NCBI GenBank assembly: GCA_028286685.1
Contig: JAQBRA010000004.1
Location: forward strand, 12,898 to 76,897
DNA: 64,000 bases
Direction of reading: 5' to 3'
Origin: Candidatus Adlerbacteria bacterium
GTDB lineage: Bacteria > Patescibacteriota > Minisyncoccia > Phycocordibacterales > SBAW01
In this document: piece after piece, positions 37,273 through 46,399 of the stretch
Layout: every line of letters starts with the position of its first letter
Position numbering within the stretch: the first letter of the stretch is position 1
Position numbers and translations under genes: made by a program
Notes under the pieces: model-generated
Database searches by the model: none
The model's input: only the letters and a program-made list of their open reading frames with translations
Told to the model about the DNA's origin: nothing

Positions 37273-37809
37273 TTAACGGCGTCCCTTTTTGGATTTTCGA
37301 GGGTTAGCGGCGCGGTTTATTGCCCGTTTGGCCTTCTCCTCTTCAAACCTATTCCAGTTCTCCACCTCTCCAATAAAATCAAATTCATGCACGGACGGTA
37401 TGCGGAACGACGCTACAGTTTTTCCTCCTTTATTAGTCAGAGCAAAATCTCCTTGAGTGAGAATGTCCATTCCGACAATAACTTCAAAATCAGGCTGGTC
37501 GGTTAGGTTGGCTTGGATGACCCTCAGTTTCGGAAACTTTACCCTACCGTCACACATAGAAAGTTCCTCAATAACGAACACCGGGACGTCACTGACCTTT
37601 CCTGCGGCTGTGCTCGACTCAGTAAGTCCCACTGACTGTAAGCTCATTTCCTGCACGAGTTCGGCTGATACGAATGTATGTGTCGCGCCAGTATCGACAA
37701 GTGCCGGGTACACTTTAGAGGTACCGGAGTCGTTCGTTATTTGTACTGGAATGACGATGCGATTGGCCGGACCAGAGAACCGCATTGACCAAGCTTCATG
37801 GCGTTCCAT
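37273..37809 (-). CDS. Retropepsin-like aspartyl protease
   Basis: ALVDTGATHT and IVGMDIL. Confidence 0.85.
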   Translation of the reverse strand: MERHEAWSMRFSGPANRIVIPVQITNDSGTSKVYPALVDTGATHTFVSAELVQEMSLQSVGLTESSTAAGKVSDVPVFVIEELSMCDGRVKFPKLRVIQANLTDQPDFEVIVGMDILTQGDFALTNKGGKTVASFRIPSVHEFDFIGEVENWNRFEEEKAKRAINRAANPRKSKKGRR

Positions 37810-37810
37810 T

Positions 37811-38059
37811 TTAGTAGATAGCGGTTCTAGGCGAGGCAAAAGAGGCCGTGTAGCTGTCTACTCCTGGCGATACCTCCTGTAGAGAAAAATTTCCACGGCC
37901 AAATTTCTCAACTGCAAAATCATACGCTTCTGCAAGTGTATTCTTTACTTCGAGAATCTGATCGTCTTTAAGGATTAGAGTTTTACCATTGTACTTAGCC
38001 ACCAATTCGTCTTGGTGATCCTTGTAAAATTGTAGCGCCAAGGCGTGGTTTGATGCCAT
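37811..38059 (-). CDS. DUF5678-like small protein paired with the aspartyl protease
   Basis: FYKDHQDELVAKYNGK....KD. Confidence 0.7.
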   Translation of the reverse strand: MASNHALALQFYKDHQDELVAKYNGKTLILKDDQILEVKNTLAEAYDFAVEKFGRGNFSLQEVSPGVDSYTASFASPRTAIY

Positions 38060-38234
38060 GCCCTCACTATACCAAAACGCTTCGATATAGCTAGCACGAA
38101 TCCCCTGTTTTTAGCAGGGTAAAAAGTCCTTTAATATGGCTTCATTTTCCACCTCGCCCATAAGAGTATTGCTCCCCTCCCAAGAGGTATTTATTCAAAT
38201 AGCCGAGACGTACCTGCAGCATAGCCACTCCAGC

Positions 38235-38360
38235 GTTCGCAAAACGATATATTGTGCGACGTATATGCTATTGATTCCCGACCGGGTTGAGTCTGCTTAA
38301 AATGTGAAACTTTTAGAGTCCCTACCCCGCCGCCGCGCCCCGGAAGATAGTTTTGGGTCC
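38235..38360 (+). repeat. Degenerate second copy of the dif-containing ~120-bp segment
   Basis: Shares GATATATTGTGCGAC, TGATTCCCGA, AAAATGTGAAACTTTT and AGTTTTGG in the same order and near-identical spacing as 35481-35600. Confidence 0.8.
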
Positions 38361-38503
38361 GGTCTCAATTCCCTCCGCTCTTTTTATAAATTTTCTGCAA
38401 AATTTCTCCAAAAGACCCCTCCCCCGTTTTTTCAAAATTTGGGTAGGGGACCTAATAAAAAAGCCGCGGCATGCCGCGGCTTTTGACTTTTTCGCCGAGG
38501 CTA

Positions 38504-38764
38504 TTAATTGAGCCTCTTTGGTTTAACGTCTGGATTGTCTTCCAAAACCTTTTCTTGCAGGTAGCCGGCGGGTACTATGCTGATCGATACAATCGATATC
38601 TTGCGCTTCTTGTATCGGTCGAGAAATTCTTCCGCTTCGCGCCATGCTGCTTTGGGGTCCGGATAGGCAGTTCCGACTTTTTTCATCTGCAGCAGCAAGT
38701 TGTCCTCGCTATATGTTTCAGTGAGAATTCCTTGCCACATCCCTAGATTTTCTGCGTCAGCCAC
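38504..38764 (-). CDS. Hypothetical protein
   Basis: 86 aa, AGGGAG SD before GTG. Confidence 0.5.
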   Translation of the reverse strand: MADAENLGMWQGILTETYSEDNLLLQMKKVGTAYPDPKAAWREAEEFLDRYKKRKISIVSISIVPAGYLQEKVLEDNPDVKPKRLN

Positions 38765-38837
38765 GAGACGCTCCCTTTGTTGGTTTGGTTATCTGTAAAT
38801 TACATTAACATAACAATACAAGTATGTCCAGAGTGCT

Positions 38838-39503
38838 ATGATGAAGAGGATGAGCTACGCAGACAAGATAGGCGCCCTCCTCTCCCCTGCTGAGCGGGCG
38901 GTTTTTATAAAGTTGAACACGCCACAGAAGGTGCAGGACTACTTGGACGCCATGCCACTTAACTTTGAGGTACGCGGCGAAGAAGGCATATACAGCCCAC
39001 GAGAGGTATTAAAGAAAAAGAAGGCCCAATGCATGGAAGGGGCGCTTTTAGCAGTAGCAGCGCTCGAGTACAACGGCCAGCGGGCCTACTTGCTTGATTT
39101 GCGCACGCCCGAGTACGATTACGATCATGTGGTCGCTTTGTTTAAGGTAGGCGGCCGGTGGGGCGCCATAAGCAAAACAAACCACCCGGTGCTGCGGTGG
39201 CGCGACCCGGTGTACACAAGCGTGCGCGAGCTCGCAGTCTCATACTTTCACGAGTACTTCCTTTTTAGCGGCGAGAAGACTCTTAAGTCGCACTCTGACG
39301 CATTCTCCCTGCACCCCTACCCACTTGAGCGGTGGCTCACTACAGAAGATGACTTGGATTGGCTGGCCACCGAGCTTGATAAAGCAAAGCACTTCCCTAT
39401 TGCATCACCCAAGGCGATGAAGTCGCTGCGTCGTGCGTCCAAGATCGAGCGCAAAGCGACCGAGATGGTCGAGTGGAAGGATCCGTCAAAAAAGAAAGCT
39501 TAA
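38838..39503 (+). CDS. Transglutaminase-like (Cys-His-Asp) domain protein
   Basis: SPREVL, AQCMEGALLA, DHVVALF, WGAISKTNH, SYFHEY. Confidence 0.7.
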   Translation: MMKRMSYADKIGALLSPAERAVFIKLNTPQKVQDYLDAMPLNFEVRGEEGIYSPREVLKKKKAQCMEGALLAVAALEYNGQRAYLLDLRTPEYDYDHVVALFKVGGRWGAISKTNHPVLRWRDPVYTSVRELAVSYFHEYFLFSGEKTLKSHSDAFSLHPYPLERWLTTEDDLDWLATELDKAKHFPIASPKAMKSLRRASKIERKATEMVEWKDPSKKKA

Positions 39504-40273
39504 TTTTTAAGCCCGATGCCGTTGCGGAAGAGGTAGAGCGCGGTGCCTACGAAGGCAACCGTGAGGCCGCCTAAGACGCCAAAGCACAGCCCAAGGCTTA
39601 TATCGCTAATGCCCAAGAATCCGTAGCGGAACGCATTGACCATGTAGAGTATCGGATTGAACATCGAGACCGTCTGCCAGAACGGCGAGAACTGCTGGAT
39701 AGAGAAAAAGATGCCGCCGAGGTACGTGAGAGGGGTCAGGACGAAGGTCGGCACGATCGAGATGCCGTCAAAGCCCTTGGCGAATACGCCGTTGATAAGC
39801 CCGCCGAGGCTAAACAGCACTGAGGTGAGCACGATTGCTCCAATGAGGACAAATATGTTGAATATGACGAGGTGCGTAAAGAACAGGGACACCAGGAGGA
39901 CCAGGAAGCCCACCAAGAGTCCGCGCAATACTCCCCCGCTCATAAAGCCGAGTATCACCAGCCAGTCCGGCATGGGCGACACTAGAATTTCGTCGAGCGT
40001 CTTGGTCCATTTGGCAAAGTAGAAGGTCGAGACCGTATTCATGTACGAGCTCGTAATGACCGACATCATGATGAGGCCCGGGACGATAAACTGGATGTAC
40101 TCAAAGCCGTGGATAGGGGCGAGCTGTGAGCCGATGAATTTGCCGAAGACGACGAAGTAGAGTCCGGTCGTGATAACCGGAGGCAGGAGCGTCTGCGACC
40201 AGATGCGCACGATGCGCGTCAGCTCGTTGCGCATCATCGTGAAATACGGGATCCAGTACGGGTGTCGGGTCAT
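39500..40273 (-). CDS. ABC-2 transporter permease (YadH-like)
   Basis: RIWSQTLLPP, FIVPGLIMM, LTPLTYLGGIF, NPILYMVNAFRYG. Confidence 0.9.
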   Translation of the reverse strand: MTRHPYWIPYFTMMRNELTRIVRIWSQTLLPPVITTGLYFVVFGKFIGSQLAPIHGFEYIQFIVPGLIMMSVITSSYMNTVSTFYFAKWTKTLDEILVSPMPDWLVILGFMSGGVLRGLLVGFLVLLVSLFFTHLVIFNIFVLIGAIVLTSVLFSLGGLINGVFAKGFDGISIVPTFVLTPLTYLGGIFFSIQQFSPFWQTVSMFNPILYMVNAFRYGFLGISDISLGLCFGVLGGLTVAFVGTALYLFRNGIGLKN

Positions 40274-41010
40274 ACGGTTTCTTTGTCTCCTTTAATGATA
40301 TCGAGGTATACGGTCTCTAGCTTCTGTCCGTTGCGCTCCAAAAGGCCCTTCATGGGCTCGTTGACGGCAATCTGGCCCTTGTTGATGACCGCTATGTTGC
40401 GGCACAGCTCCTCGGCCTCTTCCAGGTAGTGGGTCGTAAGCACTATGGTCGTGCCCGACTCGTTGAGCTTGCGCAAAAAGTCCCACATGCCCAGGCGCAT
40501 CTCGACATCCACGCCCGCCGTGGGCTCGTCGAGTATAAGGAGTCGCGGCTTGTGGATGAGTCCGCGAGCGATCATAAGCCGGCGCTTCATGCCGCCCGAG
40601 AGGCTTTGCGAGACCGTGTCGCGCTTGTCCCACAGGCCCAGGGCCTTCAGGAGTTCCTCGGCGCGCGAGAGGGCCTCCGCGCGCGGGATGCCGTAGTAGC
40701 CGGCCTGGGTTACGACGATATCGATCACTTTCTCGAAAATATTAAAATTGAATTCTTGCGGCACCAGGCCGATGTAGGTCTTGGCCAAGTCCTTGTCGGT
40801 CTCGAGCGACGCGCCGAAAACGCGCGCCTCGCCCGAAGTCGCAGTTACCAGGCTGGTGAGTATGCCGATAAGGGTGGTCTTCCCTGCCCCGTTGGGGCCG
40901 AGCAGGGCGAAAAAGTCGCCTTCCTCGACGCTCAGAGTAACGCCTTTAAGCGCCTCTGTGCCGCCCGCGTAGATTTTGCGCAGGTCCTTAACTTCTATAG
41001 CTTTTGCCAT
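40270..41010 (-). CDS. ABC-2 transporter ATP-binding protein (YadG-like)
   Basis: GPNGAGKT, LSGGMKRR, ILDEPTAGVD, TTHYLEEAE. Confidence 0.93.
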   Translation of the reverse strand: MAKAIEVKDLRKIYAGGTEALKGVTLSVEEGDFFALLGPNGAGKTTLIGILTSLVTATSGEARVFGASLETDKDLAKTYIGLVPQEFNFNIFEKVIDIVVTQAGYYGIPRAEALSRAEELLKALGLWDKRDTVSQSLSGGMKRRLMIARGLIHKPRLLILDEPTAGVDVEMRLGMWDFLRKLNESGTTIVLTTHYLEEAEELCRNIAVINKGQIAVNEPMKGLLERNGQKLETVYLDIIKGDKETV

Positions 41011-41171
41011 AAGTTCCCCAGTATATCACAGTGTGATATTCCCTTGCTCGCTCGGAATCAAAAGCGAGCTTTTGTTCTCTCACTCGCTGCGGTCTTAGCA
41101 TTTTGGGGTTTAAACAAAAACACCCCTTTGAGTGGGGCGCTTTTGTTTTAAAAACGAGAGGAATGAAAACT

Positions 41172-41399
41172 TTAGCGGCAGTCCTTGCAGTGGCTTTTAT
41201 GGGTTACCAAGAGCCAGAGGGCCGATACGCCTACAAGCAAGTAGATGCCATTCTCGAGCTCCGGCATGGTGCCCACAAGCATATTGACGACGTTCCAGTC
41301 GCCGGCCGCGCCGCCCATAAGCGCGTTAAGACCGATAAGGCCCCAGTTGATGCCTCCGACGGCGACCAAGATAACTGCAGCGATGTGAAGTAATTTCAT
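41172..41399 (-). CDS. DUF378 family membrane protein
   Basis: VGGINWGLIG, IYLLVGVSA. Confidence 0.85.
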   Translation of the reverse strand: MKLLHIAAVILVAVGGINWGLIGLNALMGGAAGDWNVVNMLVGTMPELENGIYLLVGVSALWLLVTHKSHCKDCR

Positions 41400-41509
41400 A
41401 GTGAGATACGGAAATGTTCGATGCGGTTCGACCGGTCCCGCTTGCCCATTAGTATGAGGCCTCCCCTCTTATTGAGAAGGTCCGCAAAGCCGTGTGTGGG
41501 GATATCGAA

Positions 41510-42796
41510 CTAGAGCGCCGGGAGGTACGACAGCGGGTTGAGGTACGCGTTGAGCGGCGCGATCGGAATGAATGCTACGGCGCCACTGTTGCAGGTATAT
41601 TGCTTGAAAGTAACGGCGCTCGAGACGTAGACCGTAAAGTGCAGGTGCGGGCCGGTCGCATAGCCGGTGTCTCCGGCCAGGCCCAAGGTTTCCCCCGTGG
41701 CAACGCGCTGGCCCTTGACGACCGAGATGCCAGAGAGGTGCGCGTACAAGGACGTTAGGCCGTTGTCGTGCTTAACCAGCACCCACTTGCCGTACTGGCA
41801 GTATTTGACGGCGCCTTGGTTAATTTCCTGCACGGTGCCGGAAAGAGCAGCCTTAACCGGCGTACCCACGGCGGCCCTAAAGTCGATGCCGTTGTGGCCC
41901 TGGCCGTTGTAGGCGCCCGATGCGGCAAATGCGGTGTTGCCGAAGTTCTGCGTAATAGTAACGGCGGCCAGCGGCCAGTTGAGTATGCCTCTGGCGGCGC
42001 CCGGAGCGGTGGTGGTGTCCGCAGCGCCCAGTCCCGAGGCCAAGCGCACGAGCTCGGACTCGAAGGCCGCCTGCTCGGCCTTTTTCTGCGCAATAAGCGC
42101 CTGGTACTCGGCCTCCTTGTTCTGGGTCTGCGTCAGGAGCGTGCTTTGCGTTGATCGCGTAGCCGCAACGCCGAGCTTCTGGTCGCTGAGCGTGCTCTGC
42201 AGATTTTTAAGCTCCAGGCGCTTCTGCTCGGCGCTCTTTTTAGAAGTCGAAAGGTTGGTGCGGAGCGCGGAGAGGTCGAGTATCTTGTTCTGCAGCTCGC
42301 TGCGCACCGTAGCGAGCGATATTGCCTGGTCAAAAAACGACGCCAGGGTGCCGCCGCCCAGAAGCGCCGATACCATTGAGTCCTCGGTCATGTGGTCGAG
42401 CTCGCGCAAGGTGTCTGCAACCTGCGTCTGCGAGGTCTCGATCTGATCCTCGGTCGTAAGAATATTGGCGCCAAGATTTTTTATATCCTTGTCTTTCTGC
42501 GAGATCTGAGTCTGAGTCAAAGATAGGCTCTTTTGCAGCTTCTGGATCTGCAGGTCGAGCCCCTTCACTGCGGTCTGGAGGGTCTGGCGCTGCGCCGCCG
42601 TGGTCGTCAGCTGGCCCTCAAGCCGCTTAATCTCGTCCTGCAGGTTCTTTATCTGGTCAGTGGTGGCGTCTACGCGGGCCTCGAGCTCTTCGCGCGTTTG
42701 TGCCTGAGCTTGCTGCGGCTGATTCTGTACAAAAAAGCCTGCCGAAAGCAAAAGCAGAGCGGCGACCCAGATAGAGGCTAGGCGAGTACGGAACAT
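41510..42796 (-). CDS. Coiled-coil M23 peptidase (murein hydrolase, EnvC/CwlO-like)
   Basis: Signal peptide, long coiled coil, HNGIDF, YAHL, TGPHLHF. Confidence 0.9.
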   Translation of the reverse strand: MFRTRLASIWVAALLLLSAGFFVQNQPQQAQAQTREELEARVDATTDQIKNLQDEIKRLEGQLTTTAAQRQTLQTAVKGLDLQIQKLQKSLSLTQTQISQKDKDIKNLGANILTTEDQIETSQTQVADTLRELDHMTEDSMVSALLGGGTLASFFDQAISLATVRSELQNKILDLSALRTNLSTSKKSAEQKRLELKNLQSTLSDQKLGVAATRSTQSTLLTQTQNKEAEYQALIAQKKAEQAAFESELVRLASGLGAADTTTAPGAARGILNWPLAAVTITQNFGNTAFAASGAYNGQGHNGIDFRAAVGTPVKAALSGTVQEINQGAVKYCQYGKWVLVKHDNGLTSLYAHLSGISVVKGQRVATGETLGLAGDTGYATGPHLHFTVYVSSAVTFKQYTCNSGAVAFIPIAPLNAYLNPLSYLPAL

Positions 42797-42808
42797 TATA
42801 GGTTTATT

Positions 42809-44110
42809 TTAAAACGATTCGGCCGCGCGAGCAATGCGCTTGAGTGTCTCGTCTTTGCCAACAAGTGCCGCAATGGTGAAGGGGTCAGGAGATTTCTCGC
42901 GGCCCGAGAGCGCCACGCGCAACGGCCACAGCACGGCCCCCCTGCCCTCTTGCTCCGCATACGGCCACACCGCATCTTTTATATGCGCAGCAGTGAAGTC
43001 CTCATCGGCTACCCCCAAGATGATCGCTTGCACTGCCTGCAAGTGCTTTGACGCATCTTCGGCGGCAATCTTTCCCTTATTGAGCAGCAATGCAGGCTCG
43101 CAGGACACGTCGCCTGTGAAGTCATATTCTTTTATAAGGTCAGTAGCCTCAGTGAGCGTCTGCGCGCGCTCCTTAATGAGCGGCACGAGCCGGGCATCGA
43201 ACTCAGACTTACTGAAGTCCTTGAGCCGCGCGCCATACTCCTGGTCGCTCAGGCGCTTGAGATGCTCGTGATTGAACCAGAGGAGCTTTTCGGTGCCAAA
43301 GACGGCGCCTGCCTTGTGTATGCGCTCCAGCGTAAAGAGCTTTACCAGTTCCTCAAGCGTAAACACCTCCTGCTCGCCGCCCGGGTTCCATCCCAAAAGC
43401 GCCAGGTAGTTGATGATTGCCTCGGGGATAAAGCCCTGTGCTCGATAGTCGGTCGCCGACACGGCGCCGTGGCGCTTGGACAGCTTGGATTTGTCGGGGG
43501 CCAAGATAAGCGGGACGTGCGCATACTCCGGCCGCGCAAAGCCGAGCGCCTCGAGTATCAAAATTTGGCGCGGGGTGTTGGAAATATGCTCTTCGCCGCG
43601 GATGACGTGGGTTACGCCCATGTCATGGTCGTCAATGACAACCGCCAGGTGGTACAAGGGCTCGTCGATACTGCGCGCGATAACGAAGTCGCCCAAGTCG
43701 GTCGTGTCAAAGGTAACCTGCTCGCGCACCGCGTCGGCAAAGGTAATGACCGAGTTTGGGTTCTTAAAGCGCACGACCTTCTTGCCCGGATTATTTTCCG
43801 ACTCCTCGGCCTCGTAGGCCATCCCCGCATCCACCAGGCGCGCTACATGGCCCTGGTAGACGCTCAGGCGCTCGGACTGGCGGTATACGGGCGGCGTCTC
43901 GTATGGGATGCCCAGCCAGTGGACCACATCTAAAATGTCCTGCTCAAATTCCGGCTTGCTCCTTTCCTTGTCGGTGTCCTCAAACCGCAAAATCATTTTG
44001 CCCCCGTTGTGCGCGGCAAAAAGGTAGTTAAAAAGCGCCGTGCGCGCGCCGCCGATGTGCAAAAGGCCCGTGGGGCTCGGCGGAAACCGCGTAATGACCG
44101 GCTGTGACAT
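42809..44110 (-). CDS. gltX: Glutamate--tRNA ligase
   Basis: RFPPSPTGLLHIGG, RFEDTD, HVIRGEEH, KLSKR. Confidence 0.96.
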   Translation of the reverse strand: MSQPVITRFPPSPTGLLHIGGARTALFNYLFAAHNGGKMILRFEDTDKERSKPEFEQDILDVVHWLGIPYETPPVYRQSERLSVYQGHVARLVDAGMAYEAEESENNPGKKVVRFKNPNSVITFADAVREQVTFDTTDLGDFVIARSIDEPLYHLAVVIDDHDMGVTHVIRGEEHISNTPRQILILEALGFARPEYAHVPLILAPDKSKLSKRHGAVSATDYRAQGFIPEAIINYLALLGWNPGGEQEVFTLEELVKLFTLERIHKAGAVFGTEKLLWFNHEHLKRLSDQEYGARLKDFSKSEFDARLVPLIKERAQTLTEATDLIKEYDFTGDVSCEPALLLNKGKIAAEDASKHLQAVQAIILGVADEDFTAAHIKDAVWPYAEQEGRGAVLWPLRVALSGREKSPDPFTIAALVGKDETLKRIARAAESF

Positions 44111-44136
44111 AGGGGCAGTTTAGCAGAAAATGGCCT

Positions 44137-45267
44137 TTATTTCTCGTGGCTGAGCCCGATATCGAGGAGCGCGTTGGCGATAAGCTTGGCCGCATCCGGG
44201 CGGCTGAAGCCGCGCGCCGCATTCTGCATCGCGTGCTTTATCTGCTCGCTGCTGAGTATCCGCTCGATTTCCGAAATCAAAAGGCCCGGGGTCAGATTAT
44301 TCTGCTCTATTACCGAGGCTCCCCCGGCGCGCGCGTAGGCAAAGGCATTCTTGGTCTGGTCATGGCTTACGGGTTCGGGTATCGGGACCAGTATCATGGG
44401 CAGGCCCCATGCCGCCGCCTCGAAGATATTCCCCGCTCCGGCGCGCGAAATGATAAGGCTGGCCGATCCCGCTGCCATGCGGGTAGCCAGGTCATTTAAG
44501 TAATCAAATGCCTTGTAGCGCTCATATACCACCGAGTCGGTAATAGCGACGCGCGAGCGGCCCACGACGTCGGTAAAGTTCGCCCGGCCGGTCTGGTGCA
44601 CCACCTGGTACTTCTCCAAGAGGCGCGGCAGCGCATCGAGCACTGCGTCGTTTATGGTCTGGGAGCCCTGGCTGCCGCCGGTGACCAGTATGACCGGCAC
44701 ATCAGGCTTGAGCTTGAGAAACTCCCGGGCTCCCTCGCGCGCGGGCAAAAGGGCCGCCTTGCGCACCGGGTTGCCGGTGTGCGCCACTTTCTCTTTCGGA
44801 AAGTATTCCGCCCCTTCGGCAAAGGCTACGGCGATTTTGACGGCAAACTTGGCCGCCCACTTGTTAACCCGGCCCGGGTCTACGTCGCAGTTGAGTATGA
44901 CGACCGGGATGCGGAAGACGCGCGCCGCAAGCAGCGTCGGAAAGCTGGCGTAGCCGCCGGTCGAAAAGACAACGTCCGGGTAGAGGAAAAACACGCGCAG
45001 CATCGAGCGGACGGTTCCCCATGCGGTCTTGAAGTAATCGAAGAAGTTGAGGATCGAGAAGTAGTTGCGGATCTTTCCGGCCGAGGTGGCGACCCAGGTG
45101 ATGTTGTTGGCGAGCAGCACCTCGCGGTCGTACGGGTCCGGCGCGGCATAGAAAAGCTGCGGCTCGAGCAGCTTGCGCTCGCGCGTCTCGTCGTTAATAG
45201 CCTCTGCCACGGCGACAATGGGGTAAAAGTGCCCGCCCGATCCCCCTCCGGTAAAAAGTATTTTCAT
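44137..45267 (-). CDS. murG: Undecaprenyl-PP-MurNAc-pentapeptide GlcNAc transferase
   Basis: TGGGSGGHFYP, TGNPVR, GGSQGS, SRAGA, HDQTKNA. Confidence 0.95.
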   Translation of the reverse strand: MKILFTGGGSGGHFYPIVAVAEAINDETRERKLLEPQLFYAAPDPYDREVLLANNITWVATSAGKIRNYFSILNFFDYFKTAWGTVRSMLRVFFLYPDVVFSTGGYASFPTLLAARVFRIPVVILNCDVDPGRVNKWAAKFAVKIAVAFAEGAEYFPKEKVAHTGNPVRKAALLPAREGAREFLKLKPDVPVILVTGGSQGSQTINDAVLDALPRLLEKYQVVHQTGRANFTDVVGRSRVAITDSVVYERYKAFDYLNDLATRMAAGSASLIISRAGAGNIFEAAAWGLPMILVPIPEPVSHDQTKNAFAYARAGGASVIEQNNLTPGLLISEIERILSSEQIKHAMQNAARGFSRPDAAKLIANALLDIGLSHEK

Positions 45268-45286
45268 GCCTGTTTAAAATAAGCCC

Positions 45287-46390
45287 TTAGTGCTTCATGT
45301 GCCTCGATACGCTCAATATTATCCCGATTTCGGCCAAAGATATAGCCAGGGCGGTGCCGCCGTGGGAGACGAAGATAAGCGGCAGGCCCGACAACGGGAT
45401 GAGCCCGATAACCGAGGATATGTTCATAAATGACTGCCCGATAATTAGAAGGACGAGGCCAACCACCAAGAGGCCCCCGAACGGGTCAGGCGCCCGCGCC
45501 GCAATGCGCAGGCCAAGCAGGGCCACGGCCGCATACAGGAGTATCAGGACTACGCTGCCCAAGAAGCCAAACTCCTCGGCTGCCACGGCAAAAATTGAGT
45601 CGCCGATAGGCTCCGGCAAGAAGGCGAATTTCTCGATGCTTTGGCCAAAGCCCTTCCCTGCCCATTCTCCCGAGCCAACGGCAATTAAAGACTGCTGTAT
45701 CTGGTAGCCGGCGCCCTGGGGGTCGGAGCCGGGGTTAAGGAATATGGTAAACCGCTCCATTAGATACGGCCGCTGGAAGGCCGCCCCGGCTACGGCAATG
45801 ATGCCGATAAGGACTATAAGCAGTATGTGCCAGACGCGCCCGCCTGCGGCAAAGAGCATGCCCAGGCTCGCCAAAACGATTATGGCCGCGCCGTCGGTAT
45901 CGGGCTGCAGCAGGAGGATCATCGCGGCCGAGCCCACAATAAGCGCCATAGGCAATACGCCGCCCCGCACTGTGTCCACATGCTTGAAGTGCATCGCAAA
46001 CATTGCCGCCAAGAAGGCCACGACCGCGAGCTTTAAGAGTTCGACCGGCTGGAAGGTTATGGGGCCTAACGACAGCCAGCGCGCAGCGCCCTTAAGCTCC
46101 AGGCCGATGCCCGGCACGAAGGTGAGCGCGGTTAAAAACAGCGCGAATCCGAAGAAGTACGGCGTGTAGGGGCGCCATTTGCGATAATCGAGGCGCGAGA
46201 GTATCCACAGTGCGATGCTGCCGCAGACCAGTCCGAGCAAGAGCTGGTTAACGGCTACGGAGCCGAACGTCGCTCCCCCGTCGCGCGCCAAGAGTCCGAG
46301 CGCGGCTGAAGTAAAGATAAGCAGGCCAAAGACCACCAGCGCGGAAAGCACCAATAAAAAAGGCGTATCGATTGATTTGCGCGCTTGCAC
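45287..46390 (-). CDS. ftsW: SEDS peptidoglycan polymerase FtsW
   Basis: GAARW, FQPVELLK, LQPD, GYQ..QS, LPEP..DSIFAV..EEFG, GLPL..VSHGG. Confidence 0.92.
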   Translation of the reverse strand: MQARKSIDTPFLLVLSALVVFGLLIFTSAALGLLARDGGATFGSVAVNQLLLGLVCGSIALWILSRLDYRKWRPYTPYFFGFALFLTALTFVPGIGLELKGAARWLSLGPITFQPVELLKLAVVAFLAAMFAMHFKHVDTVRGGVLPMALIVGSAAMILLLQPDTDGAAIIVLASLGMLFAAGGRVWHILLIVLIGIIAVAGAAFQRPYLMERFTIFLNPGSDPQGAGYQIQQSLIAVGSGEWAGKGFGQSIEKFAFLPEPIGDSIFAVAAEEFGFLGSVVLILLYAAVALLGLRIAARAPDPFGGLLVVGLVLLIIGQSFMNISSVIGLIPLSGLPLIFVSHGGTALAISLAEIGIILSVSRHMKH

Positions 46391-46399
46391 TTCCTTTTA

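Noticed and set aside
37273-38059. DUF5678 plus retropepsin pair as a novel system
   Set aside because: This is a familiar widespread two-gene pairing; it is noted only as island cargo.
41040-41100. Hairpin with gcgag motifs as a fifth copy of the structured element family
   Set aside because: It has CGCA..GAG on the minus strand but lacks hairpin 1, the AGCA loop and a long closing stem; too degenerate to assign.
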